Shown in pieces: positions 38,201-50,557 of a stretch of DNA of 64,000 nt. Within the stretch, counting starts at the first letter, position 1, and the number at the start of each line of letters is the position of its first letter. The stretch covers positions 372,001-436,000 of the forward strand of contig JAHLWZ010000004.1 in assembly GCA_020536535.1 (NCBI GenBank). Direction: 5' to 3'. Origin of the DNA: Pelomyxa schiedti (taxonomy: Eukaryota > Protista > Evosea). Below the pieces are notes generated by a model. The model worked only from the letters and a program-made list of their open reading frames with translations. It had not been told where the DNA came from and made no database searches. Both the position numbers and the translations under genes were made by a program.

Positions 38201-41200
38201 TCAATTGCCCCCTTGTGACGAGTTGATAAAAGAACATCTGCACAAGAAAAGAATTGTATTAGTGCTTAGAAGAATCAGTGTGTAAAGTGACAATACTGAG
38301 AAGAAGTTCGCCCAGTTGCTTCACCTGACTTACTGTGAGAAGTTCCTCAGATGTTTTACACGTTATGAGGGACACCAAAGCACCAACGAGAAGGCTGGTC
38401 TCCTTGACACATAACCAGCAACAGACTGTAACGAGTTGACCCTCCTCACTTCTTAAATCTGGCGAGTGCTCGTGATTTTCGGTACTTAATACATCGGGGT
38501 CATATCCCTCAGGTGCTAGATCTGCAACCACAGGCAATACTATTGCGGAAACCTTGTGTATGCATTCGCACAGATCAGACAGCAACGTCCGCAAAAGTGC
38601 ACGTTCCTGGCTCGTGGAAGGAGCGTAAAAATGCGTGGTATCAACAATGTGGCGAAGAGCAGCCAGAAGGCCATGCATCGGAGCCTGACGAGCAGCAGCT
38701 ATCAGGTTGCTAGAGGCAAGTGCCATTTGTGATTTCAATGCTTTAATAAGTTGGCTGGAGAAAGCTACTGCACTGATTGGAAGGGCCTGGGGGGCTGTCA
38801 AACTGGTGACAGAAATATGCCACTGTGAGTTCTCATCCACAGTAAGCTGAACGTCCCAGCTGCTCCCTTTGTTTATGTCACTTACTAATAAGAGGAAAAA
38901 ACGGCGAAAAAAAACCTGATATCAATTTGGTAAGAACAATGCAGAGGAGGCGGGCACCAGTGTCAGCCTGGAACATTCGAGGACTGCGAATAAGGTGGAC
39001 AGCCCACTGAAGCATAAGTTTAACTCCTTCAATGGATCCAAAACCGGGAAGTGGCTGAGGGAAAGATTGCAGAATACCAAAAATCGCCAATCTGCATCTT
39101 TCCACTGGCGTACACAGAGCTCCCAATAGTAATGTGGCTTTTGCGGGTGTGTAAAGCTTTGGGTTTTGAGTAATTTTTATCTATACAGTCAAGGTAACCT
39201 CAAAGAACTTGTTTTTGAAATCAGGTGGGAATGATTTCACAAGAATAGATAGTGACACTAAAGCAAATAGCATCCTTTCACGGCAAGCATTTGGATACAA
39301 GGTTGCAACAGAGGCATCAGCAAGCCAATTGGAAAATGCTCTGACCTGAGAATAAATTTGTTACAATATTGCCTGGGGGGAAAGAAGCAACCTGCTGCTC
39401 AACAGGAGACAGGGTATTTGTGGCTGCACGCACCCTATTTATGAATTTAGGAAGCAACCCAGCTATTTTTTGCCTCGAGTTTTGTGTTGTATGAGCAGAG
39501 CCAAGAAGCATGAAAGTGCGCATTAGTTGAAGCTGCATTCCAACAGTAATGTGAGTTTTTCGTTGATACGAAGGCTAAAACCTCAGCTACTGTCGGTGCT
39601 TCCAGTGATTTAGTGGATACTGTGATGAGCTCAAGCGCAGATAAACTGACAGCCTCCTCAGTGTGAGACAGACATTCACTTAAAAGAGAATCAAATGAGA
39701 AGGGGGTTTGAGCTTGCACTAAAGTCTACAATTGAGGAAGGGTGAACGAAATTGTGATGCAAGGTGCAGGCATACCTGTAATGAAGCAGAGTCTACCAAA
39801 TCACTACTGCGTGCATATGTAAGGACAGAAATCAGGGTTTGAACAATTGCTTCATGGGGAGCTCCAGAAATGGAAATAGCGTGAACAATGTTTGGGATAG
39901 ACTGGGGCATATGACGCAGAATTACAGGAAGGCTGTGTTCGGCCACGCGTGTAAAAGATTCATCCCCTTTGCCTGCTAAGCTTAAGAGTGTACTCACAAG
40001 AGGTGAAATTATTTGGCCTTCACAGAACTGTCTATCATGCATCTTTTTAAGGAGTTAAATTGCATTGAATGGTATTGTGGTATTGATGATGAACCTTGGC
40101 CATTTTCTCCATGAAACTATCCAAAAAAAGGGAAGCTTGGAGACGGACTGTGAATACTCCCAGGGAAACAAGGGTTGTTTTTACTATGTGAGGGCACATT
40201 TGTAGCATTTGTGTTGGCGTGATGTCACTCAACAAAGTTCTCTGCATTCCAGTTAAAAAAAAAACGGAAAAAATATGGCAAACCAGAGGTGAGTATTTGG
40301 CTCGGTGCTCTCCAGAGAGATTCAGAATCTTCTGTACTAAGGACAGGACAAACTGGGGAACACCTTGTGCGTGAGGGAATATAGTACGATGCAGGTCCAT
40401 GAGTATTGTGAAGTTCTGCTGGGACTGCTGAAGCACATTGGCAGCGGGGGTGTTCCAATGACGCCAAAGAATGTCTTTAGGGGAGTAAATTTGGAACACA
40501 ATTGTGGAAGCCTGTACCAAGGGTGTCAACAAAAACAGTTTTGAAGAAAGCATCCCAGGAGACAAGAAATTTATTTCCTATTTCCTGGATAGAGATAAGC
40601 TGCTTAACTTCGAGAAAAATAGATACAGATAGGTCTGAGATTCCCGATATAACTTTCTGTAATCTGACAAGACATGCTTGTAGTGTCATAAGTGCAAAAA
40701 ATGCATGAAACTGCACAGACACAGATTTACAGACACGTAGAGCAACAGGAAGAACCTAATATTATGGTGAAATATTTGTGGTAAAAAGTGTGTTACTTAC
40801 GTAATCATACAGGAGAGTGCCAGATCTCCTTTCTCCTTCAAGGAGAGGAATTTGCAAAGTGAGATAATCCTCAGTCACGGGGGGAACAAGCACAACACCA
40901 CGAATGATACTCATAAGTGGTAAGACACCAGCAGGTGAATGTAAAACAGTAATAGACTCAGTAGAAACAACCGGCAAACAGCTGACTCCCGCAGTGCCTG
41001 CTGATTGCTCCATCGAGGTTATTTTTACTGGTGTAAGAACCCGCTGAATCAGCATTGCCACACTTTTTGCACTTCCGCATAGGCACAATATTTGTGCAAT
41101 AGCCATCCCTGATGAGGAGAGACATGATTTAGAACACCACTTTTGCAGGCATATTTGTATTAAAGCTTGCAAAAGCTCCTTAGGGCCTTTTTTGTCATCT

Positions 41201-42096
41201 AGAGATTTTGTAGTATTTGAACCATTGAAAACACTGCTAAAAAAATTGCCCACTGCAGAAGGAAGTCGCGAGCATGTCAGAACAAATGTCTTGATAACCA
41301 AATCACACTCGTTGACAGCAATTTCAGTAACTACTTCATTAATGTGCTCAAGCTGCTGCAGTTTACTCAAATGAAGCGCCAGAGTTGTCGCAAATGCTGA
41401 AGTGATAAGCTCGACCATCGAGGGATGAGAAAGGTGGGGAATTGCCACAGTTGCATCTAGCAACTGCGAAATCAGAGTTAGCACAGCAGAGCAGTGCTCA
41501 ACGCGAGCCTCTGCGCCACTGCAAATCCCGGCCAGCTCACTCTTAAACCACGCGAACAGCCTTTCAGCCTGCCGCGAAGCCACCTGAGTGCTCACGGCAT
41601 TGAACAGGGAAGCGCACCCCGCTCTCAACTGCGTGTGCTGCTCACCCGAGTGCATCAGATACTCACAAGCAACATCGCACGCGAGCTCGGCGCTCTGACA
41701 GACCTCGAAATTGGCACTTTCGAGAGCGGCTGCGCTCGCCGCGTCTTTTCCGGCGTCGCTCAGCGCCGACGCCATCTTGCTCAGGGCCACAAACTGCGCC
41801 TTTCCATTACCGCCGGATGCGATCAACTGCGCCAGCAACGCGCCCACGTCTACTGGCCTTTTCTTGCCTTTGGTTTGCTGTTGCGACTGCGGATCTTGCG
41901 TGTCCGGTACTTGAGCGGCTGCGGCGGCGGTGTCGCAGTTAGATCTGTGGGCGAGTACGACGCGCTTGTATTCTTCGAAAGCGGACGTGAGCCTGGCGAT
42001 GACGTCACGGGGCAGATCTAGTGGCAAATCGCCCTTCTTGGTGTCGCGAACCCTCTGTTGTTGTTTGTGCTGGTCGCGGTCCGCTCGGTACGCCAT
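35252..42096 (-). CDS. THADA: THADA/Trm732 (tRNA position-32 2'-O-methylation cofactor; ARM-repeat), multi-exon
   Basis: DUF2428-type motifs DLAPEGY, VCCWLCVKETSLL, ITRRSAGMP, VHAINML, FASPNWAIRNS, RVREVASAA and HNCTHGVILQI. Confidence 0.88.
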
Positions 42097-42171
42097 GGTG
42101 AAAAAAAAAAGAGTCGGTGATGGTTCACGGAAAACGGGCACCCGTTTCTTTTTTTTTGAAACGCATCACAC

Positions 42172-44224
42172 TCAGTCAATAATGATGGTTGCTTGTGGAA
42201 TACGCTGTTGTGGTGTTTGAGGTGGTTGAGGGTGAGGCGCAGGAGCCGGGAGGGCGCCGCGCGCAACGTCAGGCATCTCGGGAATGCGGTTTGCTTCCTC
42301 CTCCGCCTTATTCTTTTTCAGCAAGGCTTCAAAGCAGTGAAAAAGCTGAGCTTCCCTTTCTTCAATCTTCTCCTTTGGCGCCTTTGGATTGCTGGTGAGC
42401 CAGGTGAGTATTTCGTCACACGTTTGCTTAGTCTGGATACAAGTTAGGGAAAACTAAACAAAAGTGGATGCTCACCTGGTGCACGTTTTCCTCAAGACGG
42501 GCCTGTGCCCTATGGCGCCTTTTTTCCGCTTCCCTTCTGAGGTGGTATGCTTCCTGTTTCATGGCCGCAATTTGCTCTCGTGTGAGTCCAATCCTCAAGT
42601 CATTCAGGGCGACCTTTCTGCTCGTATCACTCTCCGCAGTTACATCCACCATACCATATCTGTCACAATTGAAGGTCACAAGCACCAGCTTTTCCCCATC
42701 TCTATTTGTGGGCAGCAGAGGCAGTTTAAACTCACCCAGACAGATACCCCTGCCTTGAATCACCCTGATTGTTACACTCGCACTCCTGTTGCTGGTGTAG
42801 ATATGACCCACAATCCTGAATGGAAACCCCTTGTTCTTTGGCACAATGACTTTCACTTTGGTGTCTGGTTTCTCGACACCAAGGCTGTGAGGAGTTACGT
42901 CAAGCAGCAGAATATCGTTAAGACAAGGGCTGGACTTGGCGGCGCCGGAGAGAATAGCAGCCTGCACAGCTGCACCATGTGCCGCGGCCTCCTCCCAATT
43001 ACGGATATTGTTCGGCTGTAATCTGTGATCGAAAAGCTCTGAGACCAACTTCTGTATCATGGGGATCTGGGCGGATCCGCCAACCATGATGACCTCACAA
43101 ATGCTTATCTTAGAAACCGGTGGATCTTGAGATTGCAGTACTTGATCAATTAGGCCCACAGTTGATCTGAAAAACTGCTTGTTGACTTGCTCAAAAAAAG
43201 AGCGAGTAATCTTGCCCAAGTAGTTGATGCCAGCCAATAAGTCATTAATTTCCACAATGGCCTCTTCTTTCTCAGAAAGTGTTATCTTGGCCCGCTCACA
43301 GGCAGTGCGAAGCATTCCCAGAGCTCTAGAATCACAATGCAGGTCCTTGTTGAATGTGGTCCTGAAGTCAGTTGCAAAGTGCTCCACCAAATTATGGTCG
43401 AGCTCCTCTCCACCAAGATGTGTGTTTCCAGCAGTCGCCAAGACATGAAGTACTCCTCCATTCGCAAGAAGTAGAGTGACATTCACTGTACCACCTCCAA
43501 TATCGAAAACAACGATGTGGCCATCTTTTCGGTATCCCATAGCCACTGCAGTCGATTCATCTATGAGCCTAACTGGATGGAGACCTGCGATTACCGCCGC
43601 GTCCCGAGTGGCTTTTCTCTGTACTTCGTTGAAATCCGCTGGGCACCTGTTGGGAGATATGCGGGATGAGAAGGATAAAGAGAAGCACAGGGACACAAAC
43701 GTGATAACTGCCTGGTTGAACGACTTTCCCAAGTAGGATTCGGCAATATCCTTCATCTTTGCAAGGACCAGTGACAAAATTTCTTCTGGCGTGATCAACT
43801 TGATAATACCACAGTCTCTCACTTGAATAAGTGGGAGCCCAGAGTTGTCAACGATCTTGAACGGCCAGTTCCTCATGTCAGCCTGAAGGTTAGCATCCCC
43901 TGTCTTCCTCCCAATGATCCTCTTGATATCAAAAATGGTGCACTCTCGATTTCGCTCAATCTGCGCCACTGCCGCCTCCCCAACGAGCGGCCCTCGGTCT
44001 GTGAACGCCACGCAAGTTGGAGTGGAGATGTTCCCCAGCTCGTTTGGCAGTACCTTCACCACACCACCCCTCCACACTGCGACGCGACAATACGTAGTAC
44101 CAAAGTCTATTCCAACACCGATGGGCTCCTCTGCAGCAGATGTTACCGGTAACGCCACGAACGAGGAACCTGTGGTTGTTCCCGCAGATCCCAATGCAGA
44201 TGGAGGTACTGATGTCGCCGACAT
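42172..44224 (-). CDS. Divergent Hsp70 (2 introns), atypical substrate-binding domain
   Basis: GIDFGTT, TPTCVAF, DIKRIIGR, FDIGGGT, GNTHLGGE, MVGGSAQIP and linker DILLLDVTP. Last exon TKQTCDEILTWL...IPQATIIID*. Confidence 0.92.
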
Positions 44225-44772
44225 GTTATTGTGCTTGTTGTTGGATCTCGCCCTGAGCGTTTGTGTTGTTATTTTTTTTGTGGTTATGAAATTATCCAGG
44301 TGATGAAGCCAAAAAAAGATCGACGCCTGTGGCACCCAGAATCATTTTGGTGGGCCATAGACGCCGTAGAAAGATGAAAGAAAAGAGGAATTGGGATTTT
44401 AGGTGCTTAGTTTTCAGACACGATTTAATTAACGTCAATACGCCACATAGATCTTGGGAAAAAGGGGTTTTCAGGAATGGACGCAGGGGATATGTCAAAG
44501 GGCTGACGTAATGACAGGTGTGACAAACGGGCTTAGATTTTCTATCCAAATATTTTTAGCTCGCCACAATTGGGTCAATTTGAAAAAAAAAACTGGAGGA
44601 AACAACAAACGGGAAACGGTTCCCGTTTTCTTGTTTTTTGGGATTTTTTTCTTTTTTGTTTGCCAGTTGAGTGTGTTTAGAATACTGCAAAACTGATTGT
44701 CATATGTAGTTTACATGGGCTCCACCATATTTATCGTAATGTATAGTTGTACAGTTGTCATAATCCCCCAGT

Positions 44773-45553
44773 TCAGAGAAGGATGCAGCATCCTCCCTCT
44801 TTCTTGTTATCTTTGGAAAATCGTCTCATCGTTCGGACAACCGTCTGAAAGCTGGCCTCAATGTTGACGCTCAGTTTGGCGGATGTCTGTTTGTACATTA
44901 AGAACATACATATGAACAAAGCTTTTCATACCTCAAGATAAGGGGATTCTCCACAGGTCTTTGCCAAGGATTTCCCTTCTTCTTCAGTAACTACTCGAGT
45001 TGTCGGATCCATGTCTATTTTGTTCCCGCAAAACACCACGGGAACTTTTGTAGCCTCCTTCAGAATGAGGATCCTCTGGTACATTTCCTGCGCAATCTGA
45101 AATGTAAGCCGATCCACGACGCTCCACACCACAAGGAACCCTTGCCCTTGTCTAAAATATGCCTCCCTCTAAAGAAGTGTTAGTAAGACAGTACACTCCC
45201 TCAAGTAGTACAGTATAAATTTCATCACATATTTATATTTCTTCACGAAGCTCTCAGGTGTGGTTGGTTGTACATAATTCGTAATAACTTATCAATACAT
45301 GAAAGAAAGTGAAAAAAGAACCCACAATTGCGGCATAGTCGTCCTGACCAGCGGTGTCCAGAATCTCGAGCATGCACACTGTGTCGTCGACGCTGATTGG
45401 TTTCCGATAAGCAGTTTCGAGAGTGGGGTCGTAGTCCGTCACGAATACGTTCTGTACGAGGGCCAGCGTCATCGCGCTCTTGCCGACGCCACCCGCTCCC
45501 ACAAGTACAACTCTGAAGCTATCCCCTGTCCCGGTTGTCTTGGTCTTTCCCAT
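44773..45553 (-). CDS. Ras-family small GTPase
   Basis: GAGGVGKS, YDPTLE, DTAGQ, NKID, ETSAK, CaaX CILL*. Confidence 0.93.
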
Positions 45554-46073
45554 TATTGTTGTGGTTGTTGTTGTTGTAGCAATCGCTATCTTATCTTAGG
45601 TGGTTTTCGGTTCTGTTGAACGGAAGAGGGTGTTGACGGTTTTTTTTTTTTTTTGAATGTGATGTTCAAGCTGGTGATGAATAGCGAGTACTGAGGCTGG
45701 GTGTAGTACTAGGCTTTAAATTAGTTTGCTGACGGTACGCTGTTGTATGCGTTTGTTGGTTTCTGGTTTTAAGGTCTTCCGTTCCGTTAAGATAAGTCTT
45801 AATTCGTTTTCGGTAGATTTGATATTACCATTTTGATACAGATCCGCGTACCTTGCCCTTGGTCTTGAAATTCATGATGGCTTATGAGAAAACCTAATTG
45901 GTTGGATCTTGCCGTGATTGGGGCCAAGTGCTAAACGCGTACGGTGATATTCCACAATCAACGCATCGTAATAGGTACAAAATCTCGTGGGATGGGACTG
46001 AGAAAGTACTTTTGATTGAGGCAGCAAACTCACTTTGCGGAATGTGTTAAATTCCATCAGACTACACAGCTTT

Positions 46074-47132
46074 TCACAGAGTCACATTGTCAAAGATGAA
46101 AGAGTAGTGCTCAGAGTGATCAGGAGGGTTGTCAATGACGAGAAGCTGGTTTGTTGAGGGGATCCACGAGGTCATAATCACTGACCTGCCATATGAGGGG
46201 AGTGTGTTTCTGTAAGTGTCATCATACACCCCATGTGGTGTCAAACACCCCGGTAATCTCCCGACTCGTGTGTGCCTTTCCAAAGTAGAACTTCCCACAC
46301 ACAACAAACGCAAAGCCAGTCTGCCTCTTGACACGAGGGACAGTCCACGTCTGCAGGATTGCGAGGGAGTCAGGTTCCACCCTCGTGATGTGTATGTTGC
46401 CATTGTTGGGTGAGTGCACAACATACACCACACGCCCAGCATCAACATACCAGCACATGTCTGTGAACCCACCCCAGTCCCATTCCGATTGCCCCGTGTG
46501 ACCAGCTTCTGGTAGTGTTGCTGTTGCCACAGTTGATCCATCACTCACACGCACCTTGGTCATGGTGGCTGCATTGTATGGGCTGCAGTACACGTGGCCG
46601 TTGTGTGCTGCCTGGTATGTCCCACCAGGGTAGGGAGCTACGTCCTTGAGTGTGAATTGCCTTGGGTTGGTGTTGCTGATGAAGCTGGTCATGTTTTCAA
46701 ACTCAATAAGTGGCTGATGATTGTAGGTGATGTCCCAATACACCTTCCCTGTAGAGTTGTCAATACACATCCTGACTGCCCGACGAGGTGCGACGGATGG
46801 CACCATGCTGCCAAGTTGTTTGAGCGTCCGAGCAGCGGATGGACTGTCGATCACCTGTGGTTCTTGGGTACATTGAGTACAAGTGAGAAATTCGCCACTG
46901 GAGAATCCACTGGGGACCGTTGCCTGTGTTACGTTTCATTGCAGTTAGGACTTCTCTGACTGGCAGGTACGCACCAGTGGATGGCCCGGTGGTGAAGCCG
47001 GTGTGGCGTCATCCAGCGGGAGGCTCCCTGAGCATTTGGTCACACAGTCGTGGCATAAACAGTGGGACGGTAGCCTACTACTCATCACATGATTACAGAG
47101 AGAGCGGTAAGGTGATTGAAACGAAAGTCGGT

Positions 47133-47164
<32 letters not shown>

Positions 47165-47246
47165 GGGGGGCGCCTCGGCACCTCGGTTCACTCACGCTCG
47201 ACGTCGTCGTCTTTGATGGCGGTGCCACTGCTGCTGAATTGTACAT
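46074..47246 (-). CDS. Olfactomedin-like beta-propeller protein with N-terminal Cys/His cluster; one apparent frameshift near 46225
   Basis: HNGHVY, LPEAG...WDWGGFTD, NNGNIHITRVEPDSLAILQTW, GFAFVVCGKFY, GVFDT and MTSWIPSTNQLLVIDN parallel the OLF consensus. The two 5' exons and the start at 47246 are inferred. Confidence 0.65.
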
Positions 47247-47425
47247 TTCCGAGCCGAGACGGAAAAAAGTCTGTTGCCAAGTTGCTGCTCTCTCAAATCA
47301 ATGTTTGTGTTCTTTGGCGGTACGTGGGTGGGTGGGTGGGTGCTGTCTTTTTTACACAGCACAATGACAGTTTGCATAAAGGTGCCCTCACACACCCCCC
47401 ATCCCTTATCAGTTCCCAGTTCCAG

Positions 47426-47859
47426 TCACTCGTCAAAAGGACCCTTCCTGCGGTCTGCAATGCTCTGGGAACGAGAAGCTATGCTGCCAGGGGGAACATT
47501 GCCAGAACCATCATTCATCCTAGTGTCATGTGCAGCGAGTGACTGTAGGGTACTAGCTTCCTGTACAAAGCGAAATGTAATGAATGTAAGTAATAGCCAA
47601 AGCAAAAAGAAAAGAAATAATAACAGGCCAAAAAAGGTTACTGTATCGTGCGTGCCTCTTGGCTGATTGATGCAGAGCGAACTTCCTCGTCAGTTGGCTT
47701 CTCTGGGCTGATAAACTCAGCGGCGCTTCGCTTGCCACATATAGCCTCTGACGCCAGACACGTGTCATCTATTATGGGCCTAGCGGGCTGCTGTTGGAGC
47801 TGCTCTGGCCCCGTCGTCTTCTCGTCCTTCGTTTGTTGCTCGTCCGATTTTCCACTCAT
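47426..47859 (-). CDS. Short hypothetical protein or gene remnant
   Basis: MSGKSDEQQTKDEK... exon-like ORF followed by an AT-rich intron-like stretch. The splice phase to the next exon does not fit cleanly. Confidence 0.25.
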
Positions 47860-48147
47860 CCACGCGAGGACTGCGGCGAAAAAGTAACTTGTGGGCTGGA
47901 CATTTGTCAATGGCACCAAGGGACTTGTGGTGTTCGTGAGTAACGTCGACTTTTTGCATCACTAAAAAAAGAGTATTCGGTTCAAGAGACTCTGGTAAGG
48001 GGTGTTTTTTAAAATTACCTGGAAATCTGTCCCCCTCTGCCGGAGTTATAACGTTCAAATAAAAATCAAGAAACAAAAGAAAAATTAAATCCCCTGTGCG
48101 CACACGCGCAGTACAACGACAAACAGGAAAGACCCGACGAACACAAC

Positions 48148-49271
48148 ATGGCATCAGATCAGTATGCGCATTCGCAAAACAACCAAGTGAAGTGGCGAGA
48201 TGGGCGGAATGAATAGCGACAATTAACGTGCGCTTACTTTGCAGCGATTATTTCTTCAAGATCCTGCTCATTGGCGATTCGGGTGTAGGCAAAAGTTGCT
48301 TGTTGATCAGATTTGCGGTAGGTCATCTATTGGGGTTTGGGGTCTTCTTCCCAGGCTCAGTCCGTTATTTATAGGATGACGCGTGGACCGACACGCATAT
48401 TGCTACAATTGGTGTTGATTTTGTATGCTTTCTCCGTGCATATTTCTCTCTCAAAATGCACAGAAAATAAAAACACTGAACTGTGATGGAAAAGTAATCA
48501 AGCTCCAAATTGTATGCAGTTAAGTTTTGCAGCCACTCTTCTTAACCTGTTTTTCTTCCCCTGTGCTAGTGGGACACTGCAGGCCAAGAGAGGTAAATTA
48601 CCCAACAAAAAACAAAATTCCACATCTCAATTCCTTTAGATTCCGAACCATTACTAGTGAGCATCCCTTTTTTCCCCCAATTTCTGTAAACACAATTTTG
48701 TTTTCAGGCTCTTATTACCGTGGTGCGCAAGGAATTATCTTGGTGTTTGATTGCACAGGTTTGTCTCACATATTTATGTTTCTGGGTGACAGTTATGGCA
48801 GACATGGAGACTTACACCAATGTCAAGCAATGGCTTGGTGAGATAGAACGGTACGCCTGTGAGAATGTCAATAAAGTACTGCTCCCACCTTGTTGTCTAA
48901 TTACGTTAACACTTATTAGCTTCTTGTGGGTAATAAAACGGATCTTGTTGACCAGCGAGTTGTACAGACAAGTCTTGCAAAGGTTTGTTAGTACCAAACC
49001 TTTTTGGTTTGCTCTTAAATAAGGAAGGAATTTGCTGAGAGTATGGATATTCCATACATAGAGGCCTCCGCAAAAGCAAATATTAATGTGGAGGAGACTT
49101 TCATGAAAATGGCCAGAGCAATAAAAGACAGGTCTTTACCCACTTTCAATACCAAGCCGATGTTAATATCTACTTAGACTGTCAAATTCTACAGTTGAAG
49201 CCACACCGGCACCAAAACCTTTGAAACCTGCAAAACCACTGGGTAGTGGCGGTTTCAAATGTTCTATTTGA
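48148..49271 (+). CDS. RAB1: Rab1-like GTPase (divergent paralog), about 11 exons
   Basis: [74 protein letters not shown]. Ends GGFKCSI*. Confidence 0.93.
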
Positions 49272-49417
49272 GACAGCAAGACTCCTTTTTTGGCCCTCCC
49301 TTTGACTACCCTTCCCCCCTGCCATCCTAGACACATCACCCCTTCCCCCCCAAAAAAGCTTGTAAAAATGAAAGACTTCTATTACATTCGATTTGAAACT
49401 CGGCATTTTTTTTTGGA

Positions 49418-50387
49418 TCATGGATACCAGTCCAAATCAACTCCTGTGTTGCACAATGTGGTTGTTCCTTGGTATTGTTTGATGCTTGGCTACAAACGTT
49501 GTGATTCAAAGTGGAATATCTGCAAGTAAGATAAAACACATACACTAGTCCAGCCTCCAAAAGCTACAAAGTCACTAAAACTTGGATTGTCGTCATAGTG
49601 AGCGTACCACAGGCCATAACCCGCTCCGCCAGTGTATGAACTAATTTAGGATAAGGGATGTAGGGAAGAGGGGAAAAAAAAAAGGTCAACCTCCCCATAA
49701 TAAGGGTCCACATATTTTTGTTTGTATACACTCCAATGGTCACACCCTGACCCTTGGCCGCACCAACAAGAGAGGTGAAGAACTGCTGGTTTTCTTGACG
49801 TTGGTTAATGCCTAGTACAATTACCACGGTAAAGTACCTGTCAGGCTTGTGCTCCAATACTGTCCGAGAACTCCATTTGGCTCCTCAACATCCAGCCATA
49901 GCATTCCATATTCAACACCATTTGAAGTAAGATTTCCAATAGCTTGTTGCATTTGTGTCCTAACATTTATCATGAGAGCCAATCTTAAAAAAAAAAAAAA
50001 ACTCACGAGGCAGTCGACGACGTGCAACTTGGGTGGTTACCACCATAGCATGGGAAGAAATATACATCAAAGTGCTTCATTCCTGCATTGCTGTTTAGTT
50101 TCTTCCAGGTGTATTTGCCATCCATCCACAAAAAACCCCAAAACGGGTGATGACTACGAACCGGCATTCCACGAAGATGTAGACGACTCCACACACGCCG
50201 AGTCAAACGAGCCCGAGGACTTCCAGCACCTCGCGATGGCGTACGACTTGGACGACGACACCATGCACGACGCCGCGTCGGGCGTGATCGTTGTGCTGAC
50301 GTCGACGCCGTTGGTGGCCCGCGCCACCCCGGACATCGCAGAAATTGCCACCACCGCCCATAATAGCACAGTGCGTAGTCCGTGCAT
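49418..50387 (-). CDS. Secreted GH25-like lysozyme (Entamoeba/Dictyostelium/nematode LYS type)
   Basis: Signal peptide, then GVDVS, DVYFFPC, MLWLDVE, IGVYTN..W, LWYAHYD..PSFSDF..FGGW and QY.GTT..C..GVDLDWY. Confidence 0.9.
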
Positions 50388-50557
50388 CGCCTTGGAGTTG
50401 ACCCACTCACGTCGAAAAACTTCCCCCTTGGCAACGAACGTTCTTTGAATTTGTGATCAGGTGCCAAGAGAAATTCGTTTTTTTATTGTTTCAGAAACCG
50501 AAAAAAAACCGATAGAGGGGGCAGAGGCTGCCTCTGGGTGTATTAAACTTAGATCTT

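Noticed and set aside
45682-45735. GTGATGA...CTGA...CTGA resembling a box C/D snoRNA
   Set aside because: Too short, no terminal stem, and no rRNA complementarity that I could verify.
45872-46057. Small ORF or possible two-exon mini-gene downstream of the olfactomedin-like gene
   Set aside because: No recognisable motif, and the spliced product would be only about 37 aa.
47133-47170. Poly-G run (also 23343-23359) as G-quadruplex element
   Set aside because: Simple intronic homopolymers with lengths unreliable in assemblies; no evidence of function.
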